Source: Hydrolagus affinis (taxonomy: Eukaryota). Taken from it: DNA of 64,000 nt. The stretch is taken from positions 1 through 64,000 of the forward strand of contig JAAILG010001164.1 of assembly GCA_012026655.1 (NCBI GenBank). Direction: 5' to 3'. The notes under the pieces were generated by a model. It did no database searches. It was not told where the DNA came from and was given only the letters and a program-made list of their open reading frames with translations. Numbering within the stretch: position 1 is the stretch's first letter; the number at the start of each line of letters is the position of its first letter. A program made the translations under genes and the position numbers. Of this stretch, positions 50,056 through 62,334 are shown one piece after another.

Positions 50056-53009
50056 TGTCTTTGCTGAAGCGGAATCAGCCTGCCAGCTGAGACGAGCAAA
50101 GCCCATTCTAACTGCACGGTGTTTATACTGTGAGCAGAATGTAGGTATGATGAGATTTTTGCTGTTAATATCTTGCTTTATTCAATTGCACCTCTGTGAT
50201 TACTTGGTGTACAGTTTCCATTTTTTCCCCCTGCAACCACATATGAATTCCAGTCAATGCAAGCATCTGAGACCTGAACCACTGAAGTGCATACGTTTCT
50301 GGACCATTTCTAAATATTTCCTCTCTGCCTTTGGAGATGAAAAAAAAGTGCTACTGTAATAAATTACATTGGATGCCACAGTGTTCGGTAGATCTCAAGT
50401 GGTCTTGCTCTCCCCACCTCCCACTTTCCTAAATTTATTGTGAGGAATATTCCTGAAAGTTAAAAAAAAATTGCAAACAGGGTCTGTTTTGAAATACAAC
50501 TCATGATATACCCTGCAGCAGGGTTAGTTCCTGCAATGGTGCACTTCTGAGACCAATTTGTTTAGCTGATCACCATCCTTCTGACATCCCTGCAAATGTT
50601 ACCCTTCTTTTTCAATCAAAGACACAGCAGGGTGTGCCATCTGTCTGGCATAGACTTCGCTCCTGCTCCCAACACCATTTTGCACTGATAATTTCATTGC
50701 AATAGCAAAGGTTGGCATTTCCTTGAAATCTGCTGTTAATACTGCTCTTCAGCTGCAAATACACCCTCTCCTTCTCAAGCTTATCCTCCTCACCTCATGT
50801 ACTGCTGTTTGGAGAAGCCCCCTGAAGAACGAACAGATGATCAGCACCACGAGTCACAACCACAGGGATCCAACGTATTACTTTGTGTGCTGCAGACTAC
50901 AGATGAACATTTGACTCTAATCTTGGAAACAACCCTTCTTTGTTTAGGAGAATTCTAATCTATATACAGTACAAAATTTTCAGACCTGCAGCAATTTGGT
51001 CTGTATTAATAGTAATGAAATAATAACTACACGTTAGTATTCATGACACTGTCATTCAAATTACCCCCAGAACATTTATTGGCATTGTACTTCTCTGTAG
51101 ACACTATTGTCAGATTCATTAAAGAAAGATATATTATGGTATAGAAACCATTCCAGTTCTTTACTACATCACATCCTATTCAATTGGTTCTTAATATATT
51201 GTTCCATTACCAGGCCCATAAAAAAGGAGAAAGAAACCCAGCAAAAATACCCATTACCTATCATGTTTGACCTGCTCTGAATTTCAGATTTAAAATAAAG
51301 CTTTTTTAATCTGAAAAATCCAAAATTCAATAAATATAATGAAATTCTGGATTGCTCGAGATGCTTGTTTAATAAGATGACACAATGATCATTGAGACAG
51401 AAAATATTTCTATATTATAGATTTGCCATATTGTAGATTTACAAATTACAACAGTCCTATAGTAAAAATGTGACAGTTTTGCTATTTTATTCTCCCATTA
51501 CAATTTTACATTTTCTAAAATCATCCAAATGAAATACATTAAGAGACTGCGCTGTCTTGATTTCAAAATATAGGATAACTACTGAACTAATGTTAAGATA
51601 ACTTACCTTAGAATGCACAGCTGCCTTTAGAGCAAAGTGGTGATACCCTTTATCAAACTGATTAGAGGTCTTCTTCAATTATAATTTTATAAAAATTGAA
51701 ATATCAAATCTAGGATGATTGTGGAAAACAAAATTTTTTATTTCTTGGTGACCTTACATCTATATATTCTTCAAGTCGCTATTTGTGTATAACAACTTCC
51801 CTTACACTTTTGTTTTGCAGCTGCAAATATTTGAATTCATTCTGCAAATGCATAATTGGCTTCAGTTTATCCGATTTGGTAGAGCTGTCTTGCCGTAATC
51901 CTCATGACATATCAGCAAGCGTAACTCAAAAATTAAATTGAAATCTTTTTAAAATCAAAAAATTACTCCTACCATAATAAAAATTTCAGATAGAAAATAA
52001 GTAAGTAGATCAAGATGGAAGCAATTTATCTAGAACAAATAGGAAATTAAATTACTTTGACAAAAATCTCTAAACTCGAGAGTGCATACCAGTTTAATAA
52101 ATATGATCATGTCAAATTGTGCTGAGAATTAAGAGTACTGCTGAGTTATCTTTACTGAACCATTCAGAAATTGGTGGAATAAGATTCAGAAATGGAAAGA
52201 AAAACAGAACCTTCAGCCACATGTCGAGTCAATGTTTAACTTTCTTGGTGCATCACATCTTTATAACATAATGTACACTTCCATTAGACAGAAAATGACT
52301 GAACCATTGCAGTTTCATAACTAAATGCTGCTTATAAAATTATACCCAGTGCTAGTTAGTAATTGTTTGTAGCGTGTACTTCATAGAAAGGCATTAAAAT
52401 CACAAAATAATAAATGATATGCGATTTGTATAAACAAGGCTCTTTCCCTGAAAATTGTAACCGTTGGCAGTGATGAATTAAGAGGAAAAATATAATTAAA
52501 ATGTCTTAATAAGCCTACCACTTTTTTTTCTTTGTTAACCCCTTCAATAACACCAGAAACCTAGACTTCTCTTTGAACACAATTGTCTCCAGGAAACCAT
52601 AATTCTTGATTTTGTTTTGATCTTTTAAGCATTATTATCTGTCACATTTTTCATATATGTGGTACTCTGCACAATAAATATATTTAACATTGCATATTTA
52701 TACAGATAATTAAAGTCAATTAACCAAGGGAAGTAAAAAAACAAGAAATTTCAAAAACTTAACATTATAAACTATTTTTTCTATCTGTTAGTAACAATGG
52801 CACATCTTCTGTAGAATTATTAATTTCACTGGATCTGCTTCTATCAATATCTCTTATTACTGCTCCTGTAATTGCTTTGAACAAGAAATTCCTCACAAGT
52901 TATAGCAAGAACTCTCAAACAGATGTGCAGAACTATATTATGTAATATGTGTGCCATTAATTATCATAGACAGAAAACAAGTGCAATCAATCAGTTGTAA
53001 AACAAAGAA

Positions 53010-53530
53010 GTATTCAATACAAAAGTATTTTATTTTGGAATCCTGTTAAACAAAGCAGATTTTTTTAAAATGAGCTAATTCTGAGTTTAACAATATTCAA
53101 CAGCAAAAGTTAAAAGCAATTGCCAATTTACGCCATTATGGTCAATGCAAAACTTTATAAGTAGCAAAATATTTTGTATAGAATTACAATTTGGCATTAT
53201 TGTATTTGTAAAGAATACAAGCATAAAAAATAAATCTTTGCAAGAAAATAGTTCAACCTTTTTAAATTTTGAGATTAACAGGCCATATGGCATTATAATC
53301 ATTTACTTCACCTTGTTGTGTTCAATTACTACAATCAACATACCAGTTTCCAAATTAATCATAACACAGTAATTTCATTAGTTACACAGCAGGCATTTAA
53401 ATTATTAGCATAACAACAGTTTGCACACAATTAAACTTTATTTGAACCTTAAAATCTGCAGACTGGAACATTAGAACAAGATTCAATAAAGTAAAACAGA
53501 CAAGACAGAAAACAGTGCTTACATTTACTT
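53010..53530 (-). other. SKAP2: Probable SKAP2 terminal non-coding exon (3'UTR)
   Basis: Follows a strong acceptor; AU-rich; minus-strand AATAAA at 53442-53437 and 53034-53029, the latter followed by a T/GT-rich tract. 3' end approximate. Confidence 0.55.
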
Positions 53531-55077
53531 CTGGATAGATTGGGAAGGGGAAAATACATAGTAGTCAAGCCTTACATTTAAAAGTTTTTAAAAAAAATAC
53601 AATTAATTAAGTTATAATGACAAGTCTTGGAAACCAGTGCAAACATATTAGCTACATATTTAGCAAAGATGTCATTATACCAAACCAGTGTGAAATCCCT
53701 GGGAGCTATAGTTCATAATGCTGCACAAGCAGAGGAAAATAAAAATAATGTATCAGTGAAATGATGAAAGATAATTACAATAACGAGGAAATAATTTAAT
53801 TAAACACTTAACTGCTTCTCGATTTTCACATCTGTGGCAAGAGGATAGATTATATTGTTAATAAGATGATGTTATCTTTGTTATAAAATAAATTGTGGAG
53901 CTAAGCACCACAGTGGTGGATGAGAACTCCCTCTCCTGGCCAAGAATAGTCATGCCTTGCACAGCCTTTAATCCATTTTTAAAAAATGTTTCTCTCGTGC
54001 ACACAAGGCATCATTGTAGGTGGGTGGGTTCCAGTGTGTGTGACAGTGGGGGGGGTTAGAAAAAAAGAAAATACAGCTATAAAGCAATAGAAAACTACTG
54101 CCATCTAGTGTTTTCTTACAGTATACTGTAGTAAACCTATCAGGGTGATTCAAAATTAGTCGAATCTTTTCTCTGGGGAAAAAAATTGGATCAATATAAA
54201 ATAAATAAGGCACAGGCCATATTCTAATAATAATTTACTTTCCTGTGATGTTTATTAACATTTTCAAGAAATAAAAATGTTTTTTTCCAAATAGGAACAT
54301 GAATCGCTACACAAAATTGCTGGATTAGATAAAATATGCTGTAACATCAGATGTATTTCTCACACACCCTTTTTGTAATTTTGATAAACATTTCAAAACA
54401 TTCAATTATTTTTGTGGCATGTTTTTACTCTAATGTGCGAGTCAAATACAGTATAATACCATTTATCTTTTGCACTCTTGTGGAATGTTTTGCAAATAGG
54501 AAATAAACAATGTACAGTATCATGAGATCTAAAGAGTAATTCCACAAGTTACTGAAAATTGGAAAAAAAAAGCAAGCAATCAGCACCTACACCAATGGTT
54601 TCATTTTATGCAATACGTTTCTTCTTCATGTTGTACATTTTCAGTATCCCAAAGGAATGTACCAGTCTGAATGTATTGCTGCAAGAGTGGAAAGAAGAGT
54701 TAGTTTCTTGTAAAAATAGGTCAATCTGATGCAATCCATGAGTATTTCTTCATGAAGACATTTTTCAGAAATATTTGACAGATGAAATATTCTCATTCAG
54801 CCACACTGAGTAAAAGAAATGCATTAAATCAATAAAATGCAGAAACAGACCCCAAATCAGTTTTTTTCCTCATTCAGTAAATTATTCCTTGGGAAATATT
54901 TTGACAGTTCACAACATGAAGATTCAGAAGTCTGCCTCCAAAACATATAACCCCCCCAGAAACGATACATCTTGGAACTACAGAATGAATCCCTGACAAG
55001 AATGTTTGCTATATAAATGATACTGGAATAAAGTACTTATGGTCTATTATACTCAGATTCAATTAAAATGTACTTAC
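53531..55077 (-). other. SKAP2: SKAP2 3'UTR intron starting 10 nt after the stop codon
   Basis: Donor TGG|gtaagta at 55077. Best acceptor tattttccccttcccaatctatccag at 53532-53531; alternative acceptor tttcttttactcag at 54807-54806. Confidence 0.65.
54097..54111 (-). promoter_or_regulatory. CTCF-like motif
   Basis: Minus strand ACACTAGATGGCAGT, one mismatch to the core. Confidence 0.45.
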
Positions 55078-55087
55078 CCAGGCCTTC

Positions 55088-55180
55088 TCAAATGTCGTAC
55101 ATCTCCATTAGGTACACTTTAGGCACCAAGCCAATAGTTCCCTTCATTTCTCCTACCCACCACCCCAATGAATTATATTC
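55088..55180 (-). CDS. SKAP2: SKAP2 last coding exon (C-terminal part of SH3 domain); upstream exons not found in window
   Basis: Manual translation gives EYNSLGWWVGEMKGTIGLVPKVYLMEMYDI-TGA, with SH3 WW and GLVP..Y motifs and the SKAP2-type MEMYDI end (SKAP1 ends differently). Acceptor ...tttttgttcatattgtag at 55182-55181, phase 0. Donor gtaagta at 55077; whole exon 55078-55180. Confidence 0.95.
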   Translation of the reverse strand, partial: EYNSLGWWVGEMKGTIGLVPKVYLMEMYDI

Positions 55181-55305
55181 CTACAATATGAACAAAAATA
55201 TACATATCAGTATAGTAGTACTTAAAATAAGTTTAGCAACGACAGACCTATTTAAACTGCAATAAAGCTAGGTATTGTGCTCAATCCCAAAATAAACTTA
55301 AGAGG

Positions 55306-55415
55306 TTGAAACAAAAACAGAAGTAGCTGGGAACAACCAACAGGTCAGACAGCATCTATGGAGAAAGGAAAAGTGAGTCAATGTTTCGGGTCCACTACCC
55401 TTCTTCAGAACCTGT
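55306..55415 (-). mobile_element. Penelope-type terminal remnant with a hammerhead-like core, in the SKAP2 intron
   Basis: Minus strand: CTGAAGA-A-GGGT-agtgg-ACCC-GAAAC at 55408-55383; remainder homologous to 18398-18492. Confidence 0.65.
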
Positions 55416-58029
55416 CAGAATTTGAAAGTTTGATCATTTTAATGACTACATCTAAACAGTACAGGGCTTCATTACATAACACTTGATGGTTTCATTAAAA
55501 CGCACTAATAAGCACAAAAAATTGATAGTTTAACATTAGTTTAACATTCACCTGTATTCTTGAAATGTATCACAGACACAAAAATGCAAACAAAATTCTA
55601 ATGTTACAGCGATTATCATTTAGAGGTTTTCAATAGTAGAAAGTTGCAATGAAATTAAAATAAATGCAATTTATTGGACACGGAATAAAAACACTTTTAT
55701 ACAGTATCCAAAGACATGGTCAAATTCTGTTTCATGATAAAACAAATACCAGCAGAGGTTTATATTTGACGGAATTCTGCCGCAACAGAGTGCAGGCAGT
55801 GGAGAGTTCATTCAATCTGAGCAACAAAGCAAAACTCCTGGCCAGCATACAAGGCAGAAATAATTGAAATGCTTTATGAAAATTCAACATGCATCATAAC
55901 ATCAGGGATTGGATTACAATTTAATGTAAAATTTGTTGAAAACCCATCGCTCATAGTGATTGACTGATTTTTTTTACAAAGACAATTCATTAGCACTAGA
56001 AGAGGTAAAAAATCCTGGAAATCACCACAATATGAAGTCATTTTATCTCTATGTGCATTTCAGGCAACACATGACCAAAACAAAAAATGTACATTGCATT
56101 TATGTCACAAATCTGTTAATAAATCAAAGTGGAATTTAAAAAAAGATTCTGAGACTCTGAATGAAAACAATTAACCACTTCAATTTTCTTTAATGACTTG
56201 AAGTGAAAAAACGTTTCATGATAAAACTGATTTTTTTTTACAGCTGAATTGCAACCTTATTTTGAAATATGGTACTGCGGTGTGGTGCTATTTAGCTGTT
56301 CTAAATGAATTTGAAATAATGACAAAATTAGGTAGAAGTGTTCCTTGTAATGTTGTGCAAAATTCACTTAAACAGAACTTCTAGTGATAAAGGTACTGAC
56401 ATGATGCACAATTAGATCCATCTGGTTTTCTGAACATCACACCAATATTCTGAATGCCAATACAGTGAAGTAGTAATCAAAAGCAGACTTCACAATTCAA
56501 AACTATCCAGCTTCAACTCATCAGAACTGCTTTATTTCATGGTTACTTGCTAAAATGTTTAATTTCTTATACTACAAAAAAACACAGTAAATTACCATTC
56601 CGCAACTTTTGTATCTGTGGCATTATGTAGAATAGGCTAAGGGAAGGGGAGCGATAATAAGCAGAAGTTCAAATATTCACACCTTTGGAACTGAAAGTTG
56701 GTACAACACCAAAAGGAGAGCATTTTGTGTGGTGACAAAAATGACTTCAACAAGTCATATTCAGCACATCCCTTTAACACTGAAATTTAAATAAGCACTT
56801 TACAGATCAAAATGTTGTGGAATTGCTGTTCAACAGAGGAGATGGCTCCGGCTGTTTGTATCAGATACCAAAAAAGTTACCCGGCCATAATGTGGTTCAC
56901 GCATTTAATGTGGATTGATTTCTGTAGCTGGCAAAATTACACATGTGTAATATGTTCAAAAAACACTCAAGTAAAGATATTCACGTGTTTTCAAAATAGC
57001 TTAAATTTCAGAAGCTGGAAATGATTTAGAAGTCATGACACGGTATTAAAAGTTGTTGATCCTGGAATTCTCAGCGTTGACTATATATTTAATTTGCTAA
57101 ATTAAAACTGTAACATTGATTTGTATTAATTTCAATGTGAGTTAATTTCAAAATGTATTTCATCTTATAAAAGTGCTAATTTGGAAATGATCAACATTTA
57201 CTCTTTAGAATCTTTACCTTTCCCCAAAAAAGAAAAACCTGCTTTAATGAGCAATAAAAAAAAATTGAAATCCCTGCAGTTTTCTATTAAAAGAGGTTAC
57301 AGACTTCAGATGGTTATATTTTGCCAGTGAAAGAATAGGGGTATGGAGGTAAACATAAAATTCCAAAGGTTCTTGATCTTCAGCATCTCGTAGGCTAATT
57401 ACTATGTTCTGACAGCCCTAAAGCAGGATATTCAGGCAGAATGAAGCATTGCAAATTACCCCATTCAACCTTCTGCTTTATCATTACCATTCAAGGCATG
57501 AGCCCTAAGAGCAAAATAAATCCCAATTAAGCCAATTAAAATCTGCATTTCAAATTTTTAAAATGCACAAGAGTACAAATATATTCTACTATTCATAATG
57601 TTACACAGTCTGTGATTGTAGTTTTGTACCCAATTTGGTATTATCACAACTTAAAAAGACATAACCACAGTCTATGTCTTTTTGGTTAAATTGAACTTTT
57701 TCAAAAAATGTATATGTGGTTTTTATAAATATCAGTATAAATATTGAAGACAACACCTAAGAATCAATCTTGGCAGAAGTTAGCTGACGACTTCATGTTC
57801 ATTTACTTTACAATGTTGTAAACAAAATAAGAGGTGATGTGGATAAAAATTAAAAAGGTGTTTAAATCCCCCCAAATTGCACAAGAAATGCTAATTAAAA
57901 ATAAACCTTGAACACATAACCTTTATGATGGGACATTGATTTTTATTTCCCAAACTAAATTTTACATTAATATGTTTCTAATGGTTAATATGCTCAGAAG
58001 CATAATTTTCTCGTTCAGACTTCCCATCT

Positions 58030-58172
58030 CAACAACAACAACTTCAATTTATATAATGCCCTCCACGCCAGACAGTGTCTCAGAGCACTTCACAGTAGTG
58101 GATCCCGGGACCGAGCCAGGGGCAGGGGTAGAAAGGTGACCAAAGGCGCGGTCGAAGAGAAAGGTCTTTAGC
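58030..58172 (-). mobile_element. L2 LINE 3' tail
   Basis: (CAA)n cttcaatttatataatgccc..ccaaaggcgcggtcgaagagaaaggtcttta. Confidence 0.7.
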
Positions 58173-61100
58173 TGTGAAAATCTCATAATCAGTGCTCAAA
58201 GCCGTATACATTTCTCAAATAAATGTGGATCAAATCACTTCCAAATATGTAGATCTAAGATTATTATAAAATATACACATTAAAATTTATCAAATGAAAA
58301 CACAACTTTCCCCCCATTTCCCAGTCCCCATTCTCCTACAGCCCAAATAAACATTAGAACAGAGGAAAGCCTTTTCTGCACTCTTACTTGTGGAGGAGGA
58401 ATATTGCTGTTAATTAAGAGTCAAATCTACAGGTTCTTGGGGATGTTGGTTATTGGTTCCACTTGCTCGAATTTAGAAAAAGATTATGATGGAGGGTGTG
58501 GAATAAGTCAAGTCATTATGTTTCCTACACCTATGTAAACCAAAAACTATTTTACTGGTCTCTGTATAATGTTCTGTCAAAAGTGCATAGGCTGGGTCTG
58601 GTCTCCAGACAGCATGCAGCAACTCAGGTATGTGTGAGCAAGCCATCTGGTATCCCTCAATGTATAAAACTCTTAATGTCAGAATATTGCGCGCACACAC
58701 ACACACATACATACATGCATGCATTTATGATCGCACGTGGAAATCAAACAATTTCATTAACCACATTCAGAAAATAAACAGCCACATTAATAACCAGAAG
58801 CAACTTCAGTTATTTTGTAAGATATATATATCAGTTGATAGTATATTTAATTTTTTTTTATTAATCATTTGAGTATAAAAAGGAATCGTACAATTACCTC
58901 AGTTAATACTAGCAAAAAGCCTTGTTATTAACATCTGACAAGGCTTAGGTAATTACTGCCATAAAGCTGTTTTCACTCATGTAGTAATCTCTGAGAGCCA
59001 AGGCTGCAATGAGATTCCAGTATAAAAACACAAGCAAAATAATCTAGAGAGATGCAAGAACTGCATGATGAACTAGCTGTAAGGCAGAAGATGTACTGCT
59101 TCCAGAGGAATTCACTTTTCTTACAAAAATAATTGCAAAACAAAATGATTGCAAAGAGGGTGGATGTCTTTTTTTAAAAAAAAGCACATACACCACATGG
59201 TGGGTTTAACACATTCTGTTATTAAGTAGGTTATATATTCTGACTTGTATAATTCATTATCATTGATAAACAGTGGACTAAAATATGCTTAATTGAGATT
59301 CATAGTTAGATTCACATTTAAAATACAGATTTCATTCTTTGATACACTGAACAATATCTGGGTATCATATTTTAGACAAATGTCAATGCAAACATGAAGT
59401 TCCATCATGCATGATGATAACTGTGATAATAAAGTGGTTTCCATAGCCAGTGGCACTGCATCTGTATTTTACTGATGGCTGAAACTGATCTGGGACTCAA
59501 GTACAAAACTGAAATCCATTGGTTATGGCTAAAAACCACTTGAACTTCAATATAAAACATCTTAAAATCTCACTCCAGTCTACAGACCATAGCTGTTGCA
59601 GAACTAATTTGTGAATTCATTCTTTATTATTTAATAATATAAATGTACAGCTCTTTGAATAAGTAAAGCTCAATGTCTCTATTTGTGGGAAAAAAAGTTT
59701 AAAAGTCTGGTGGTGTTAAAAATTGTAATGACAATCTGTTTGTGCTCTAGAGTTTCATGTTAACAGAGTGCAAATCAATCCAGTATCACCCAGTTTTTAT
59801 AGCTGCCCCTTGACCAACAACAGGCATTGCAAAATACGAGTAAGATTTTCACATATAAGTCCTTTTGCTGTTCAGTATTATCTAAAAAGATAATTTCTTT
59901 AAAAGCAACAATTTTAAAAACACTTACAGATTAAATACTAGCAAACTGAAATGAAATTGCTAAGTGACATTTTTATAATCTTTATAATTCAAAAAGAAGA
60001 TATGGCCGTTTTGAAGCCGTTTAACTAATATCTGTAATATCCTAAAGAGGTGATATTTGAAAGTAGATCATATCCCATCACAATGAACAGGTACTTCTAC
60101 GCGATGCTATAAACTTTACGGCCCCTTGAGTATTATTGGTGTAGAGTATAACCAATAGTGCAATGCCATTTTTCACAATCAGTAACTTAATCAACCATAG
60201 AAGTGAAGTCATGGATGTCCTGTGAATAGAAAGGTTGGGCTTATTGATTTTTCTTTGGTGGGGTAGGGGGAAGGGGAAGGCTATTTTGGGGCAAAGGGAA
60301 CAAAGAGAAACTTGAAATAAATAATAGATTTTGCTTCTATAATTAAAGAGTTGAGAAAAGTTAGCACTTCCATTGTAGTTTTTTTCACAATGGTACAGTA
60401 TTATAAAATAAAATAATTCTATTTTGCAGAGTGTGACCAGTTAATGAGTGCTCCACATTGCTAAGGTGGCACATTGCGAAGTGTATACTGTTCCCACAAT
60501 AGATCTATCAGACAACTTGGAGGGCCAATTTAATTACAGTATATAAATAACTGACATGCTGAAATAAAATAGTCATCTGACAGCAGTCAAATCATAAGTC
60601 AGTAACTTGATTTTAGTTATCGTTGTGAGAGGTGGTTACATCCAGGAGCTTTGCTTATATAAAAACAAATTCACATTTGACAAATATTTATTTCCCTCAC
60701 CTGTTACCTAATACAGTACATTACATTTAGTTCAGTTAATAATTTTAATCCTATGAGACATTGACATTCATAGAGAAATGCCTAAACCATTTTTCTGAAA
60801 AACGATTACAAACAAATTTATACTGAAAGAGTTGAAGCACCAAATGGAAATTCTGACAGATCTTACCTATTCCAGAGAATCAAAAATTTTTTCATATGAA
60901 AGAAATAAAACAAATTCTTTAGTTCGATCTTAACATCTTTGATTTCACATTCATATCTTTAAAACTTTAATTTTATGGATATACGAGACTTGAGAAATAA
61001 TAAGGACATTGTCTCTACAAAACATTTTTCCTTTAAAAGATTTACTGTTTGCCCCATTAATTTAATGATTTAGCTGTTTTTGTAGAAATAAATTAATACG

Positions 61101-61545
61101 AAGCCTTCAACATGCTCCAGATGGTAGAAATGTAAACAGATTTAAGGGAACAAATAGAACACAATGAAAAATACACACAAATTTAAGTATGCAGTTCTGA
61201 TGCCTTTTACAATCAAATGGGAAGTCTGAACAGACTTCACATTCAAAGATCGAAGCGTCAACAATAATAACTTGCATTTACAGAGAGCCCTTCATGTGGG
61301 CTAAAGTCTTAGAGCACAAGGGCGAAAATGGATCCCAGATACAATATTCATAATTCATTTTAGTTCAAGAAAACATTCTGAAACAATTTGATATGAGCGA
61401 ATTTCTGCATCAAAACTGTAAGAAGCAAGAAATGTTGCGTAACCTAATGTAAGATGGTCCAACCTTATGGCTGCTGTGGACTAGATTCCCTATTTGAGAA
61501 AGTCAATATTTTGTGTTTCTTTTCCAGAAACATACCATCAATTAT

Positions 61546-61915
61546 GGAGTCCTGTAACTTAGTGATTAGAGCACTCGTCTCGCAAGTGAGAGGTCCTGGG
61601 TTAGATTCCTGGCAGGGTGAAACATTGGGCAAGTTTCCTTACTCCACATACCTCTGTTCACCTAGCAGTAAGTAGGAACTAGATTGTTAGTCAATTGGTG
61701 GATCGCCTTTCCGGGGATCCTTCCAAAATAATAAAAAATAATAAATTGGTCATTTAATCCACTATTGGTGGGACTCTGCTGTGCGCAATTGGCTGCTGTG
61801 TTTCGCCCACAAAATCTAATCAATTCACTTTACAGTATATTCAGTGAAGGGCTTTGAAACGTCTAGAAGACTTGATGAGGCACTATATATCAAATGCAAG
61901 GATTATTAGTATTAT
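61546..61915 (+). mobile_element. Full-length young SINE, long form with extra central segment
   Basis: Same head and tail as the short form plus ctgttcacctagcagtaagtaggaactagattgttagtcaattggtggatcgcc.. at ~61654-61720. Confidence 0.9.
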
Positions 61916-62290
61916 TTACATAGCACCCTTTTCATCTTGGAAGGACTCAACACTGTCGGCTGGACATCTGAGCTGCGGGTGAAAGCTGAGGGAAGTGTGA
62001 TGAGGAGGGAAAATTATACCTGAATTCATGGACAAAGAATTAGGTCTTGAAAGAGAGGATGGGAGGGACTCCAGGAATGGAAGTCCAGAGAGCAGGGGCA
62101 AAATGTGATGGTTGGACAGATGGCATGGGGATGTGCTGGTGTATGCTCTGCAAAGGGAACAGCACGGTAGGGAAGTCGCAGTGTAAGCGGAGGCGGGGGT
62201 AGAATGAAGGATGTAGAGAAGTGTTTCGCTGGGGAAAAGGGAGATTTCTGTGATGAAACTGGACATCACTTGGTGTCCATCCTTGAGCCT
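61916..62290 (-). mobile_element. Old L2 remnant, tail-to-tail with the SINE
   Basis: atttacatagcacccttttcatcttggaaggac tail followed by a purine-rich body. Confidence 0.5.
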
Positions 62291-62334
62291 CCGATCATTT
62301 GCCCTGACAGTGAATCACAAAACTCTGCCCTCAA

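Noticed and set aside
49773-50359. ORFs spanning X residues
   Set aside because: Artefacts of the N gap.
55088-55180. Alternative identity as SKAP1
   Set aside because: GEMKG.IGLVPK.Y.MEMYDI* matches SKAP2; SKAP1 has GELN..VGIVPKEYL and a different tail.
60863-60905. Minus-strand donor-like GTAAGA as the missing upstream SKAP2 exon
   Set aside because: Adjacent sequence does not encode the expected SH3 N-terminal half (..GLWDC....DELSF.RGD.IYILSK).
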